Program-made: the position numbers and the translations under genes
Shown: one piece after another, positions 36,101 through 48,100 of the stretch
How the letters are laid out: each line of letters begins with the position of its first letter
Numbering within the stretch: position 1 is the first letter of the stretch
NCBI GenBank assembly: GCA_950097015.1
Contig: CATNEN010000039.1
Span: 20,336,001 to 20,400,000, forward strand
Length of the DNA: 64,000 nucleotides
From: Macrostomum hystrix
Taxonomy: Eukaryota > Animalia > Platyhelminthes
Reading direction: 5' to 3'
Notes under the pieces: model-generated
What the model was told of the DNA's origin: nothing
What the model saw: only the letters and a program-made list of their open reading frames with translations
Database searches by the model: none

Positions 36101-39100
36101 CTCTTGTCCCCAGAATCGTAGCAGATTCTCTTGTCCCCAGAATCGTAGTAGATTCTCTTGTCCCCAGAATCGTAGCAGATTCTCTTGTCCCCAGAATCGT
36201 AGCAGATTCTCTTGTCTCCAGAATCGTAGCAGATTCTCTTGTCTCCAGAATCGTAGCAGATTCTCTTGTCCCCAGAATCGTAGCAGATTCTCTTGTCCCC
36301 AGAATCGTAGTAGATTCTCTTGTCCCCAGAATCGTAGCAGATTCTCTTGTCCCCAGAATCGTAGCAAATTCTCTTGTCCCCAGAATCGTAGCAGATTCTC
36401 TTGTCTCCAGAATCGTAGCAGATTCTCTTATCTCCAGAATCGTAGCAGATTCTCTTATCTCCAGAATCGTAGCAGATTCTCTTGTTTCCAGAATCGTAGC
36501 AGATTCTCTTGTCTCCAGAATCGTAGCAGATTCTCTTGTTTCCAGAATCGTAGCAGATTCTCTTGTCCCCAGAATCGTAGCAGATTCTCTTGTCCCCAGA
36601 ATCGTAGCAGATTCTCTTGTCTCCAGAATCGTAGCAGATTCTCTTGTCTCCAGAATCGTAGCAGATTCTCTTGTCTCCAGAATCGTAGCAGATTATCTAG
36701 CGTGAATTGTAGCAGATCGTATTAGTTTTAATGACTTAAGCATTTTATAGAAAGTAGAAATACATACGAGTATTATTCTCAGTTTTAGTACGGTTTCAGA
36801 TTTATAATCGAGTTTCAAAGCCATGCGACCAATTGATGCTTACCGAACTGCAGTCAGTTGTTGATTGTGCTCATAAAATGCTTAAATTTTACGAGCTAAA
36901 TGTTCATTTTACAATGATCGTTAATTTCATACGTTAAAATATTTAGGCAGACTGTTGATCATAAAAATGTCAGTTATTAGTACATCAACGCACAACGAAT
37001 AATTGAAAGAATCTTGTTAAGCAGTGCTAGAGGCTTTTTAACTACGAGCTAATCAGTACCGACTGGTTTATTTAGCTGTTTGCTGAAGTAATAAAAGTTT
37101 ATAGCATGCGTTATTGTTGTATGGAGAATGTAAAATAATATTACGCAAGAATTGCTGTATTCAGCATCCAGTAACTGGAAAATTCGTTTTCCAGCTTGGT
37201 CAGGAAAATAGCTGTTAAAAAGCTTTATTTTAATTTGCTACAGTTAGTTCTTAAATTAAAACACAAAACTTTAATTTATATTATAATCACACAGCATACG
37301 ATATAATATATCCAACTATTTCAATTGATTCCTAAAAATACCATTTTTCGGACGAGGCACTTATCTGTTGCACAACTTAAGCTTTTTGAGGTATTTCACA
37401 AGCTTGCTTTACGAAAAAGATTTCTTAAACCAAACAAGTAACTTAACGCGTAGGAAAATGTTGTGCAGATCTAAATAACAATAGTTATAGCATCCCTCAT
37501 ACCTGCATACATTCACCGGGAAGCGCATTGTCTTTAAATAATTTCAAGTCAGGAGAGCATATTGTCATAACTTATTAGGCGCTAATAATCAAGTCGAAAG
37601 CTCTGGAAGCGGGAATTTATTGCCTGTTGCAGGTAAATAAAATTACTACAAGCATGAGTTCATAAATAAAAATGTACTAATTTTTTATATATATTTTTAA
37701 GCTAAGATATCAGCAATTCCTGTCTGGATAGGCACTTGTAAATTTCACAGCTGTGCAGTCAGGAGGGTGTCACCATCAGCCTCTTCCACACCGTCCACTA
37801 ACTTGGACCTCGCCAGACTGTCAGTGGCGTCACTATGACCAGCCTCCCTGAATACGACTACCCGAGAGCCGTTATCGCCCAGACCGGCTGTATAGCCAAT
37901 TAATCGTATCGGTTCCATCTCGCCGCGTTCAATCGCTGGCTTTGATGCTGCTGATGCTGCTCCGTTAACTATAGCCGAATTCTTACTGCTCGGCATATGC
38001 GTCGAACTGACCGCACTGCCTGTAATTGTCACCGCTCCGGCTAGCTTCAAACGCGCCGCTGCAGCCATGCGCCTACGGGAGTGACAGCAGTAGGCAGCAA
38101 TCAAGGCGCCACCCATAAAGGCTCCAGCAGTTAAAAAAGCTGTGCCGATGACGCCCTGACGCTCTAGGCCCGACATGGCTTCTGCGGTATTTGTTTGTTG
38201 ATCTTGCGTGTCGCCCCGTAGATTTTGCGAAGAATCTATATTTATTGATTCAGTTGTGGGATTGTCTAGCTTTGCCGGAATCAACGTTGATTTGATAGTT
38301 GACGAAGACGGTTTCTCCAATTGGCAGGCTTCGTCACAGACACCGATGCTACTTGCGTTGACGATGTTGCATCGAAATCTAGCCAGATCTGTGTATTCTA
38401 GTACAGCTTCGCTAACGTCTCCGCAAAACTCGTCAGCATAGCTAATTGCTAATTGATCAGCTACGAAGTCCGCTAATAAAAACCCGTTCAGTTGCAACTG
38501 GCCTGTTGGCCAAACAGCGCACAGTGCTGCCTGATTTCTTAATAGTATTCTTTGCACAATCACTTCTGCAGCTTCACCATCGAGCGGCTCCACTCGAAGG
38601 ATACTAATATTTTTAAGGCTCAGCGTTGGTTTCCATATTAGCGCGAGATTCGAGTTTATGGTAAGATGACGCAATGAGGCGCTCACTTGGCAAAATGCAT
38701 TGTCAGCGCTAGCAGTTATCGTTTCGTCTGTGTCATTTGTTGCTGTCTGTAATTCTAGTAGTGCCAGTGAAGGAAGTACGGTTGCACCACCGAGAGATTT
38801 CAGTCTTGGACTTCCACGAATCCTCAGCTCGGTTAGACTGACTAGAGGATCAAGTGCACCCTCCTGAATGCAGATGAGATCAGCATTGTCAGTCAGTCGC
38901 AGGCTGACCAGCCGAACAACGAAGCTAAAGTCAGGCGAGCCAGCAGTCTCTTCTTTAGCATGAAACAGATTGCGATGAAGGCATGTCGCATTAGTCTCAG
39001 CCAGATCGAGACGAATCAACCAGGCGAGCCGATGCAGCGCCGTTAAATCTAAACCGTCTGGTTGATTCAGACGACGCAGCGATAGTGCGTCAACTTTTTC

Positions 39101-42100
39101 TATTCCTTTAGTCCAAAAGGCATCAACTGGCAGGCTGTTGATTGCCTCCTTGTCTGTTAGTGGGGGACTAAGTGTCCAGACCGGTCGACCTTGCCAGGCT
39201 GCGGCACCTCCCACCGGAACGAAGATCTTTCGCCGTACAGTGTACTCTTTATCGATATAGTCCAATAAGTTACTGTTAGTTCGACAGTCTAGGATACTGG
39301 CATTGTCAGAGCTGTGCTGGTAGTAACCACAGCTCAGCATAGCAATTGGTGTTGTTTCATTTTTCACTTGAATGGGCGCACCGAACGCTCCGATCATCAT
39401 CAGAAAGATCGGAAGCACGCTCTTTAGTTCCATTACCCCACGATAGAAATCCTTGTTTATTTGAAAATTATCTGCTTCTGTTGTGGTTACTTAGCATTGC
39501 ACTACTATTTTATTAGTTTTTTTTATCTGAAACGGGTTGCAAAAATAGGCAGGTCTAAATTGCTGATTTAAAACAACATATTGAACTTGGAACTATATGT
39601 TGTACTAGGGCCGTACTCAGGGCTACTAAACAATTGCTTCAATAGGAAATACTCCTTAGTAGTCCCTGGTATTACATTGATAGTTTTTCTACGATATTTC
39701 TGTATTGATCTTTACGCTATCAAAAAAGAAATAAAGTAGAAATTACACATAGTCCAGCTGGGCCATATGTACGAGCAGTGGCTCAGCTCTCGGCTGTTCC
39801 GCGAAGCTTCTAAAGTCCGTGTACTGCTGTTCAGTTCGTGGATTTGGGAGGCCGCCAAATTAAGAGAAGTTAATTCAGTATTCTAAGCAGTATACTAAAT
39901 TCTTATCCACTATAAGTTACATTTGTTTTACTCCTCTTCCTACCCAGTGTGTACTTCTATGATCCCAGTATTTCTCCTATTTTATTACTTAACTCAGTAA
40001 CTAGACGTCTTGAAAGTGTACTTTTGTTATAGTTAACGTTGCTGTTGTGTAACTTTCTTAGCTCGCAAGAATTTAACTGAACTATTTTAGTTTGTGTCAA
40101 TCAGTTGGCTCTGATCCAGTAAATTTTTGTTCAGTAGTTTTTTACATTTTGTGGTCGGAATGTCTTACCGGATAAGTGAACTGAGTTCCTTAAGTGTTTC
40201 TTGCTTTCCTGCTTAGAAATTCGCGATTTAGGACTCTCGTTTGTAGATAAATTCAATTTATAGTATTCAAAATATTTTTTACTATAGATGATCTTTGCTT
40301 TGGAAGTTTGCAGCTATTAGAAATCAAGCCTTTGAATTCTATCTACTTTATATGGCCTAATGAGTTAAAGTCTTCTTGCTATTGAAAGTGGCAAGGATAG
40401 GTCTAATCTCTCTACAGCCAATGATAGGCTCTGGCTGTGCTTTAGGTCTGTGCGCCCTTCAATTCACATTGTAGCCTGACTAAAAATAGACTTCCCTAGC
40501 CTCCGCCCTACGCATAGTGTTGAACTAAGAAATGTGAATAAAAATATGACTTGCGGTGTAATTACTGTAGCGTCGTCAATGTTGATTGTTGTTGTGTGTT
40601 TCATCTGTTTAGTACGGGTAATCATTAGTTATTATGATTGTAGAGTTAGTCCCATTTTGTAATATAATATTCTCTGCCCTAACCAAACGATTTTTTCTGC
40701 ACGTATTTTTATCTATCTATATATATAAAAGTGAAAACTCTGTCTGTCTGTGTGTGTGTGTGTGTGTGTGCAACCTTTTGTCTTTATAGACGCCGAAACC
40801 GCTCAACCAAATCGCACCAAACTTTGCACATACCTAAAACCACCTACGCTGAGTGCAATAGGCTACTCAAATTCCCGAAAAATCATTTCCTTCCTGCTCA
40901 AAAGTGCAAAAAACTGCTCAAAAATCGTCAAAAAATCACTCAATTCGACATATCGTCGCCCCACTTTGTCAGATTTTCTCCAAATTTGATCCACTTACAC
41001 TTTACATGTTTTCCAACAATGCTGTCAATTTTGAACATCTCTACTCAATCCAGAGCAAAGCTGCATCATCTCAAAGTGAGTCACTTTTTGTTTTCCGAGG
41101 ACAGCCACCCCAACTCCCCTCCGCCACTCTACGGGCCAAATTTTATTACAGCCACCCCCTCCCTTCCCCGGGCGCCGAAGCCCCAGACTGTACATTGTAT
41201 TTCAAGCCGTGAATGTACACAGCCCAAACCCCTAGACTGTCTACTGGCCCCCAAGCAGCACTGAGACTGAGTGCGGTGAGTGCGGTGGCGTCCCAGTGCG
41301 CAGGGCTCTCCGGTCGATATTTCTCTCCAGCCAGCCTGGGATAGAAGAAAGAGAGAGGCTGGCGATCAACTGATGGGTGGTGTCACTCTGCTGCTGTCTG
41401 GAGACTTTAGACAGACGCTGCCTGTGATTCCGCGTGGCACTCCTGCTGATGAGATTAATGCTTGCCTAAAATCATCTCACCTGTGGCCATCGGTTGTGAA
41501 GTTGCACCTACGAACAAACATGAGAGCTACAATTCAAGGAGACGAAACAGCTCATGAGTTCTCTGCCAATCTATTGCGAATCGGCAATGGTCTGCTGGAG
41601 ATTAGCACCGAGGATGGGCAGTCATCGATCGCTACAATCGGAACCATTGTGCAGTCAGTGCAGGAGCTCAAGGCAAAAGTTTACCCGAACCTGATGGTTC
41701 GATATGCTGACGTTGACTGGCTGTCAGAGAGGGCAATTCTGTGTCCTAGAAATGATGCCGCCAACGAAATTAACTACCAACTGCTTCAGGAGTTGCCAGG
41801 TGCAGTTTTCACCTACAAGTCAATTGATACAACGTTGACTGATGACACCGCTGTGGAGTATCCTGTTGAGTTTCTGAACTCTCTAGATCCTCCTGGAACT
41901 CCATCGCACAACTTGCAGCTGAAAGTTGGGGCACCAATTATGCTCCTCCGCAACCTGAATGCGCCAAGGCTGTGTAACGGCACCAGACTGATAGTCAGGC
42001 GGCTCTTCCCACACGTGATTGAGGCCACGATAATGACTGGATCTGGCAGAGGAGAGTCTGTGTTCGTTCCCCGGATTCCAATTATCCCCACGGACCTGCC

Positions 42101-45100
42101 ATTTCAGTTCAAGCGACTGCAGTTCCCTGTGAGAGTGTGCTTTGCGATGACTATTAACAAGGCTCAGGGACAGTCGCTGAAGGTGGCTGGCATCAACCTG
42201 GAGACTCCTTGCTTCTCGCATGGGCAGCTTTATGTCGCCTGCTCCCGTGTTGGAACTCCAGCTGGCCTATTCATTTTCGCACCAAGGGGAAGAACGAAGA
42301 ATGTGGTGTATCCCCAGGCCTTGAGGTGACTCGCAAGCAATTAATAGAAAAGTAGTCACGAATTGACCTTGACCTGTCTAACTCTGAACTCTGAAACAGT
42401 TTAATTTTGTTTCTTTGACATTGTTATTGTTATGCCATGGCTATTTTCCTTATGTATACGCGTGTACATGCATACTGTATACAGAGGCAGATTTAGGGGG
42501 GCAGGGGGGCAGTCGCCCCCCAAAATTTTAATCATGGGAATAAGATGCCCCCACCAGGGGCGCCAGTCGCAGCACTGGCGCCCCTTTTCGGCCGCTGGCG
42601 CCCCTTTTTCAGCCGCTGGCTCCCGTTTTTCAGCCGCTGGCGCCCTTTCTTGGCTCCTGGCGCCCTTTTTCGGCCGCTGGCCGATCCCCCTCTGTGATTC
42701 TCATGGCGCTCCCCTGACAGACCGCCCCAAAACAAAATTCCTGGATCTGCCACTGACTGTATAGAGGAGTGGCTAAGAGACATGTTTCTAAAGAAGTAAT
42801 CAAGAGGGGGCTTTTTGGACAAACTTTTCACTAATTTTTTACTTAAAACTCCCTTAAACAAACTCTTCACTTTTCATTAATGCAGTAAATAAATAAATGG
42901 TGACCTTCACTATAAAGTTAATACAGAGACGTGAATTGCTTACTGCTTTGCTTTAAATTTCTTCCCTTAAAAACAACGGGCAAAAAAGCTAGTTATGTAT
43001 AAAGGACAGAAAAGTACAGAACAGAAAGGTACACAACAACATATAGTGAAGTCGGGCAGTGGGGTAAGATGAGAGCTACAGAGAGATGGTGGAGTAGAAC
43101 AGTGGGGTGAGATTAGAGCAACAGAGAGATGGTGGAGTAGAACACACAGTGAGGTTAGAGCAAATGATAGAGATCTTTTTAAGTCGGACAGTGAGTGACA
43201 CCTTGATTCAGCCTATTCCCAGGCTTCAGAAATCAATTGTTTTTTTGTTTTAACTCAGGAAAAAGCAAATATGCAACCTAAAAATATGATGCAAATAAAG
43301 TAAAAGCTTGCAAAGAAAACTGCAGTAGGCTAACTAAGTTTAATGAATAGTGTTTTATTCCTAAGAAGATGAGGAACTAAATCCCAGAATCTGAGTTGTT
43401 AATAAACTCCGATTCATCATGATTTGGCCCAGCTGTGGTAATTTTTGTACGGGCTCTGAGCCAGTAGGCTTTCGGTATTATCGGATTGCTACTCTCGTGG
43501 GCATCGTATGGAATTATTCTGTTTCGCTTTGCCGGATTTAGTGCTATTTATAATAATAATTGGAAATCCTACTGGTTCTCATCTGTCTCTCGGGTTCAAT
43601 AGTACTAGCGAATTCTAGGACTGGGATTTTGGCTTCTCTGTAGTTTCATTCCCCAACTCATGGTACCATTATTTATTTTTTACTGACCCTCTGAATCTGT
43701 GAGCAGACATCTCGTCGTTTTTCCTTTTAATCTATAAGGCATCCCCGATCCCCATCCTGATCTTCACTTGTTTTTCAGTTCTTTTCTGACAGTCTACACT
43801 GTCGGAAACTATAAACTAGTGTAGTCAATTATTCTTTCTAGTGTATCGTAATAGTGCATATTTTTCATGCTTTATTGAAAATTCGACGGAAAAAATGCAC
43901 GAATCTTCGTTTCATGCCAGCAGAAAAAAAATTGACCTGGTTGTAAATCTCAAAATTTAGAACATCTGGTCTCGCTTTTTAATAAGATGGCTTCAGTTAA
44001 CACAATACTGTTTATAATTTATTGCGCCAGTAGCCAGAATTGTTTGCCGGCCTACGTCCGATTAAAAAGTACAAACTAAATATCAAGCTAGCTAAGGTTG
44101 TTAAAAATTCCAGCTACATTTAGTTTTTTTTCTCCAGCAACCACCAAACGTTGGCTATTGTAACTGGCCCTCTTTCACTCTGTGCTCAATTACCGCAGTT
44201 TTCCTGCGCAAAATCTCAGCCCTGCCATAATGGGGGCTACTTGCCTGGGAAAATATATAAAAGTGTTAAATGTTTTCTGTTGCGTGCACCCCGGCTCGCT
44301 TTATACTAGTGAAATTTCTCATTAGGTACAAGATTGCTTTTTTTATTTTAATTTTCGCCAAAAAACTCTCACTCGCGCTAGTAAAGGTTGCGTGTTTTGC
44401 AACGCCCGAGTTGACAGTTTTTTCTCATGTTCGTGACAGATCTACTAGTGATTAATAAGAGTTCATAGTTTACTTTTGTGCAGGCAGCTTGTGGCTGTTC
44501 CTGATTTATTTCTTTTGCCCTGCACGAACGCATACACTCGGACAAGGCTGCACCGACATAAGTATATGATTTCTTCTGCTTTTGCGATTATTATTAGTGT
44601 CGAGTTCCTGGGTTTCGATGTTACTTTAAAGCTATCATAATACTACGAGGGCTGTCCCAAAAGTAGTGTTACTTTTGATTATATCTATTGATCTGATGGT
44701 TCAAATAACGTGATTTTACACAGTCTTATAACGGCAAGTCTCTTCTTTATATTAATTCAAATCTTTTTTCTAACAGACTAGGGAAATAGAAGTTATCAAC
44801 GAAAAACTAACAGGACCTCAAACATAGACTTACAGTAAATCAACATGCTACGAAAGTGCTTTCGACTGAGGTCACTCTTTCAACCAAAATTTCTCAATTT
44901 CTCAATCCGTGACAATGATATGTCTCTGGAAAAATCATAATGAAGTTATAATTTGAAAGTTGTCTCTGGAAAAGATGGAATGAAATCTTCATATCTCTCA
45001 CTGGGACTTGGCTTCAGTACGAGCATTTTTGTTCTCATTTCTTGCTGTGCTAAAGATCATGGATGTGCATTCAAGTTTTGCCCAGAGGAGTGTGATTTAC

Positions 45101-48100
45101 ACCCTTTGGAAGACGGGGCACAGTGCAGCCGAGATTCATGGGCAACTTTCATCAGCTCATGGGTCTTGCGCGGTCAGTAAAATGACCATCTATCGTTGGA
45201 TAGAACAGTTTCGAGCGGGAAGGACGGACCTTGCTGATCAGCTCAGGACAGGTCGCCCTCATGTTCGAGACTCTATCGTCCTGGCTGACGCTATCCTGGA
45301 TCTTCTTGATGAGGACGCACGAATGACGATCAGAGAGATTGCTGACAGGCTGAATACTCCGCGATCAACGGTTCATCGTAGTCTCACCAGCATGGATTAT
45401 GTGAAGCTGAGTGCTCGCTGGATTCCACGCCTTCTGACACTAGACCTGAAAGAGCAGCGGCAGCGAGTGTGCCAGGAGAATCTGGAGCTCGTCAGGCAAC
45501 ATGGTGGATGAGAAACGTTTCGGCAAATCGTTGTTACTGGTGACGAGACGTGGGTGCCTCACTTCGATCCCCCCACCAAACAGGAGTCCAAGGTTTGGAC
45601 AATCAGGGGTTCAGACCCCCCTGTTAAGGCACGTCGAGAGCCTCACTGCAAAAAGGTGCTTCTGACTTTGTTCTTCGACAGAAATGGACCACTTACAATC
45701 GAATTTCTTGAGCCAGGGAAGAGCATCAATGCCGAGTGCTATATTGCTTCCCTTGAAAAATTGAAGTTCGAAATCTGGAACAAGCGTCGGGTTGGAATCA
45801 AGCCCTTTCTTCTCCACCACGACAACGCCAGACCCCATACTGCACAGAAGACCTCCGAGGCTGTCAGCAGACTCAAGTTTAATATTTTGCCTCATCCACC
45901 GTATTCGCCTGATCTGGCGCCAGCAGATTTCGCCTTATTTCCACTAATGAAGTCGCATCTGCGAGGTAAAGTTCATGAGAACCGTGACAACCTCGAACAG
46001 GCAGTGCGGAATGTCCTGCTCCACAAAATTCCACGCGAGAGTTATGCCAACGCTATTGACGGTTTGTTCAGTCGGTGGCAAAAATGCCTTCAGCTCGGCG
46101 GTGACTACGTTGAGAAGTCAAGCATTCCCACCGACGAGTGAAGAGGAGCGTTTCAATTGCTACGAGAAAACTTCATATTCGCAACCACTCAACTGTTGGT
46201 CATTTTTGCTTGCTTGTTGATTTACTGTAAGTCTATGTTTGAGGTCCTGTTAGTTTTTCGTTGATAACTTCTATTTCCCTAGTCTGTTAGAAAAAAGATT
46301 TGAATTAATATAAAGAAGAGACTTGCCGCTATAAGACTGTAAAATCACGTTATTTGAACCATCAGAACAAAAGATATAATCAAAAGTAACACTACTTTTG
46401 GGACAGCCCTCGTATATTATATTGAGCTGGTATGATTGTACTGTCGGTGACTGGCGGTTTTCTTCTTTGGCGAGCGGATCGATAAAAAGTTTTCTGTAGT
46501 GACGGTGGTCGGTTTGGGATCCCCTGCCTACAGTACTATTAAGTATAATACGATAATCACTATAATCACACAGTACAGTACTAAGTATGATACAGTACTC
46601 CGTACAGGCCTGGCACTCCGAAAGGAAAGACACGAATGCAGCGCTTGCCGGTCGGAACGCAAGATGACAGGATGACTTCGATTTCGTTTATTTGTACGAT
46701 TAATAAATAACTTGAGACTTCGCAGTGAGAGACCGTCTTCACCTATGGAATCTTAAGTTCGCCGGAGCGAGCGTGGTTGCCCTGGCACTGGCAGATATTG
46801 ACAGCAAAGGGGCAGACAGAGGAGGCGGTGCACAAGCAGAGCCAAGCCACCAGCGCGCAGGGAGGGGTTAGGGTTGTACGCGCAGGCCGGGTGGACGGGC
46901 AAAGCTACGCAGAGCTGATTGGTGGGAGGGGCAAAGCCACACAGGGCTGGGGTAAGGGTTGACCAACAATGCCCGCGCCCAGCCAATCAGATGGCGGCAC
47001 AGGGCACATTGAGCAGGACCGGGGGAGGAGGGAGATGTCATGCCGCAAATGACTGAGAAAAGTTCATTCTGCTAGTTTGAGAACAAGGCGAGCAAAATTC
47101 TATATCTCAGTGTGCGATAATCTATAGCGAGATATTATATAGCAATCAGGGGAGAGTGGTGGAAGGTGACAATATTTGGTGTGGTGGGCTAGGCGCACAC
47201 AGGTAGACAGAGTATTAGAGAAAATGAGTATGTACTTGCAGTGGATTAAAATAAGTGAGAACAAAATAAAATAAACAAGTTGCGATGCAAAATAAGTCAG
47301 ACAACTCAAATTCACTTCAACTCAAACGCCGCCTCAGGAGAGAAAGGGCGAGGCCAAGGCCAAGCCTAACAAACCGGCCTCAAACACAACGGCCTTGGCG
47401 AGCAGTCGACCTGAGAAACACAGGCACTACATTTCTATAACTAAGGGACTTAGCAGATTTTTTAAACAATATATTAAATTTGACTACAATACTTCATATT
47501 TGATGACTTTAAGCGATTCTACAAATAGCCAGGCTTTAAAACGACTCAATAATGCTTCCTTTACGCCTCTGTAATGCGCCCTGCGGCACTCTGAGCTATA
47601 CTTTCGATGTCCTAGATCCCAACGTACCTCAGTTGTCCCTTATGCCAGCGATGACTAGGGCATCCTCCGCGTTGGCATACCGTTGGTGATGTCGCAGTAG
47701 CGGATACCATCGATCAATCTTTTTTATCTCCTTAGCAGGTCATTCCAAAAATGATGCATACTCGCCTAACACACTGCCTCTAACATACAGTATTTGACTC
47801 TAAATGTGAGGCTTGTCAGAATGTCTCGAATGTATTAATATAAGGCGAGTATCTCGTTTCAGGCGTAGACATTTAAATGGTTATTCAAGCATCAGGATAC
47901 AGTTCAATGATGCTTCATAAATCACTACAGTTTCGTTTTTTGCAGTGTTAAGCTTAGTATATTAGTGACCATCCGTTCGCATTTTTGCATCTATTATTTT
48001 GAACCTCGCCCGCGAGCACTTTGGCCGTTAATAATCGTTATCAGAAAAAAGTATCTGACCATCGACCCCGAGTTTTTTTTATTGTGACTCTATGTACTCG

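Larger units (their letters stand above)
40712..42992 (+). mobile_element. Helitron, deletion derivative
   Basis: 5' A|TCTATCTATATATATAAAAG and 3' ...CAACGGGCAAAAAAGCTAG|T, no TSD. Carries only the C-terminal half of the PIF1-like helicase. Confidence 0.88.

Noticed and set aside
35838-36725. 295-aa (SRFSCPQNR)n ORF
   Set aside because: 27-bp satellite whose period is a multiple of 3. No unique domain.
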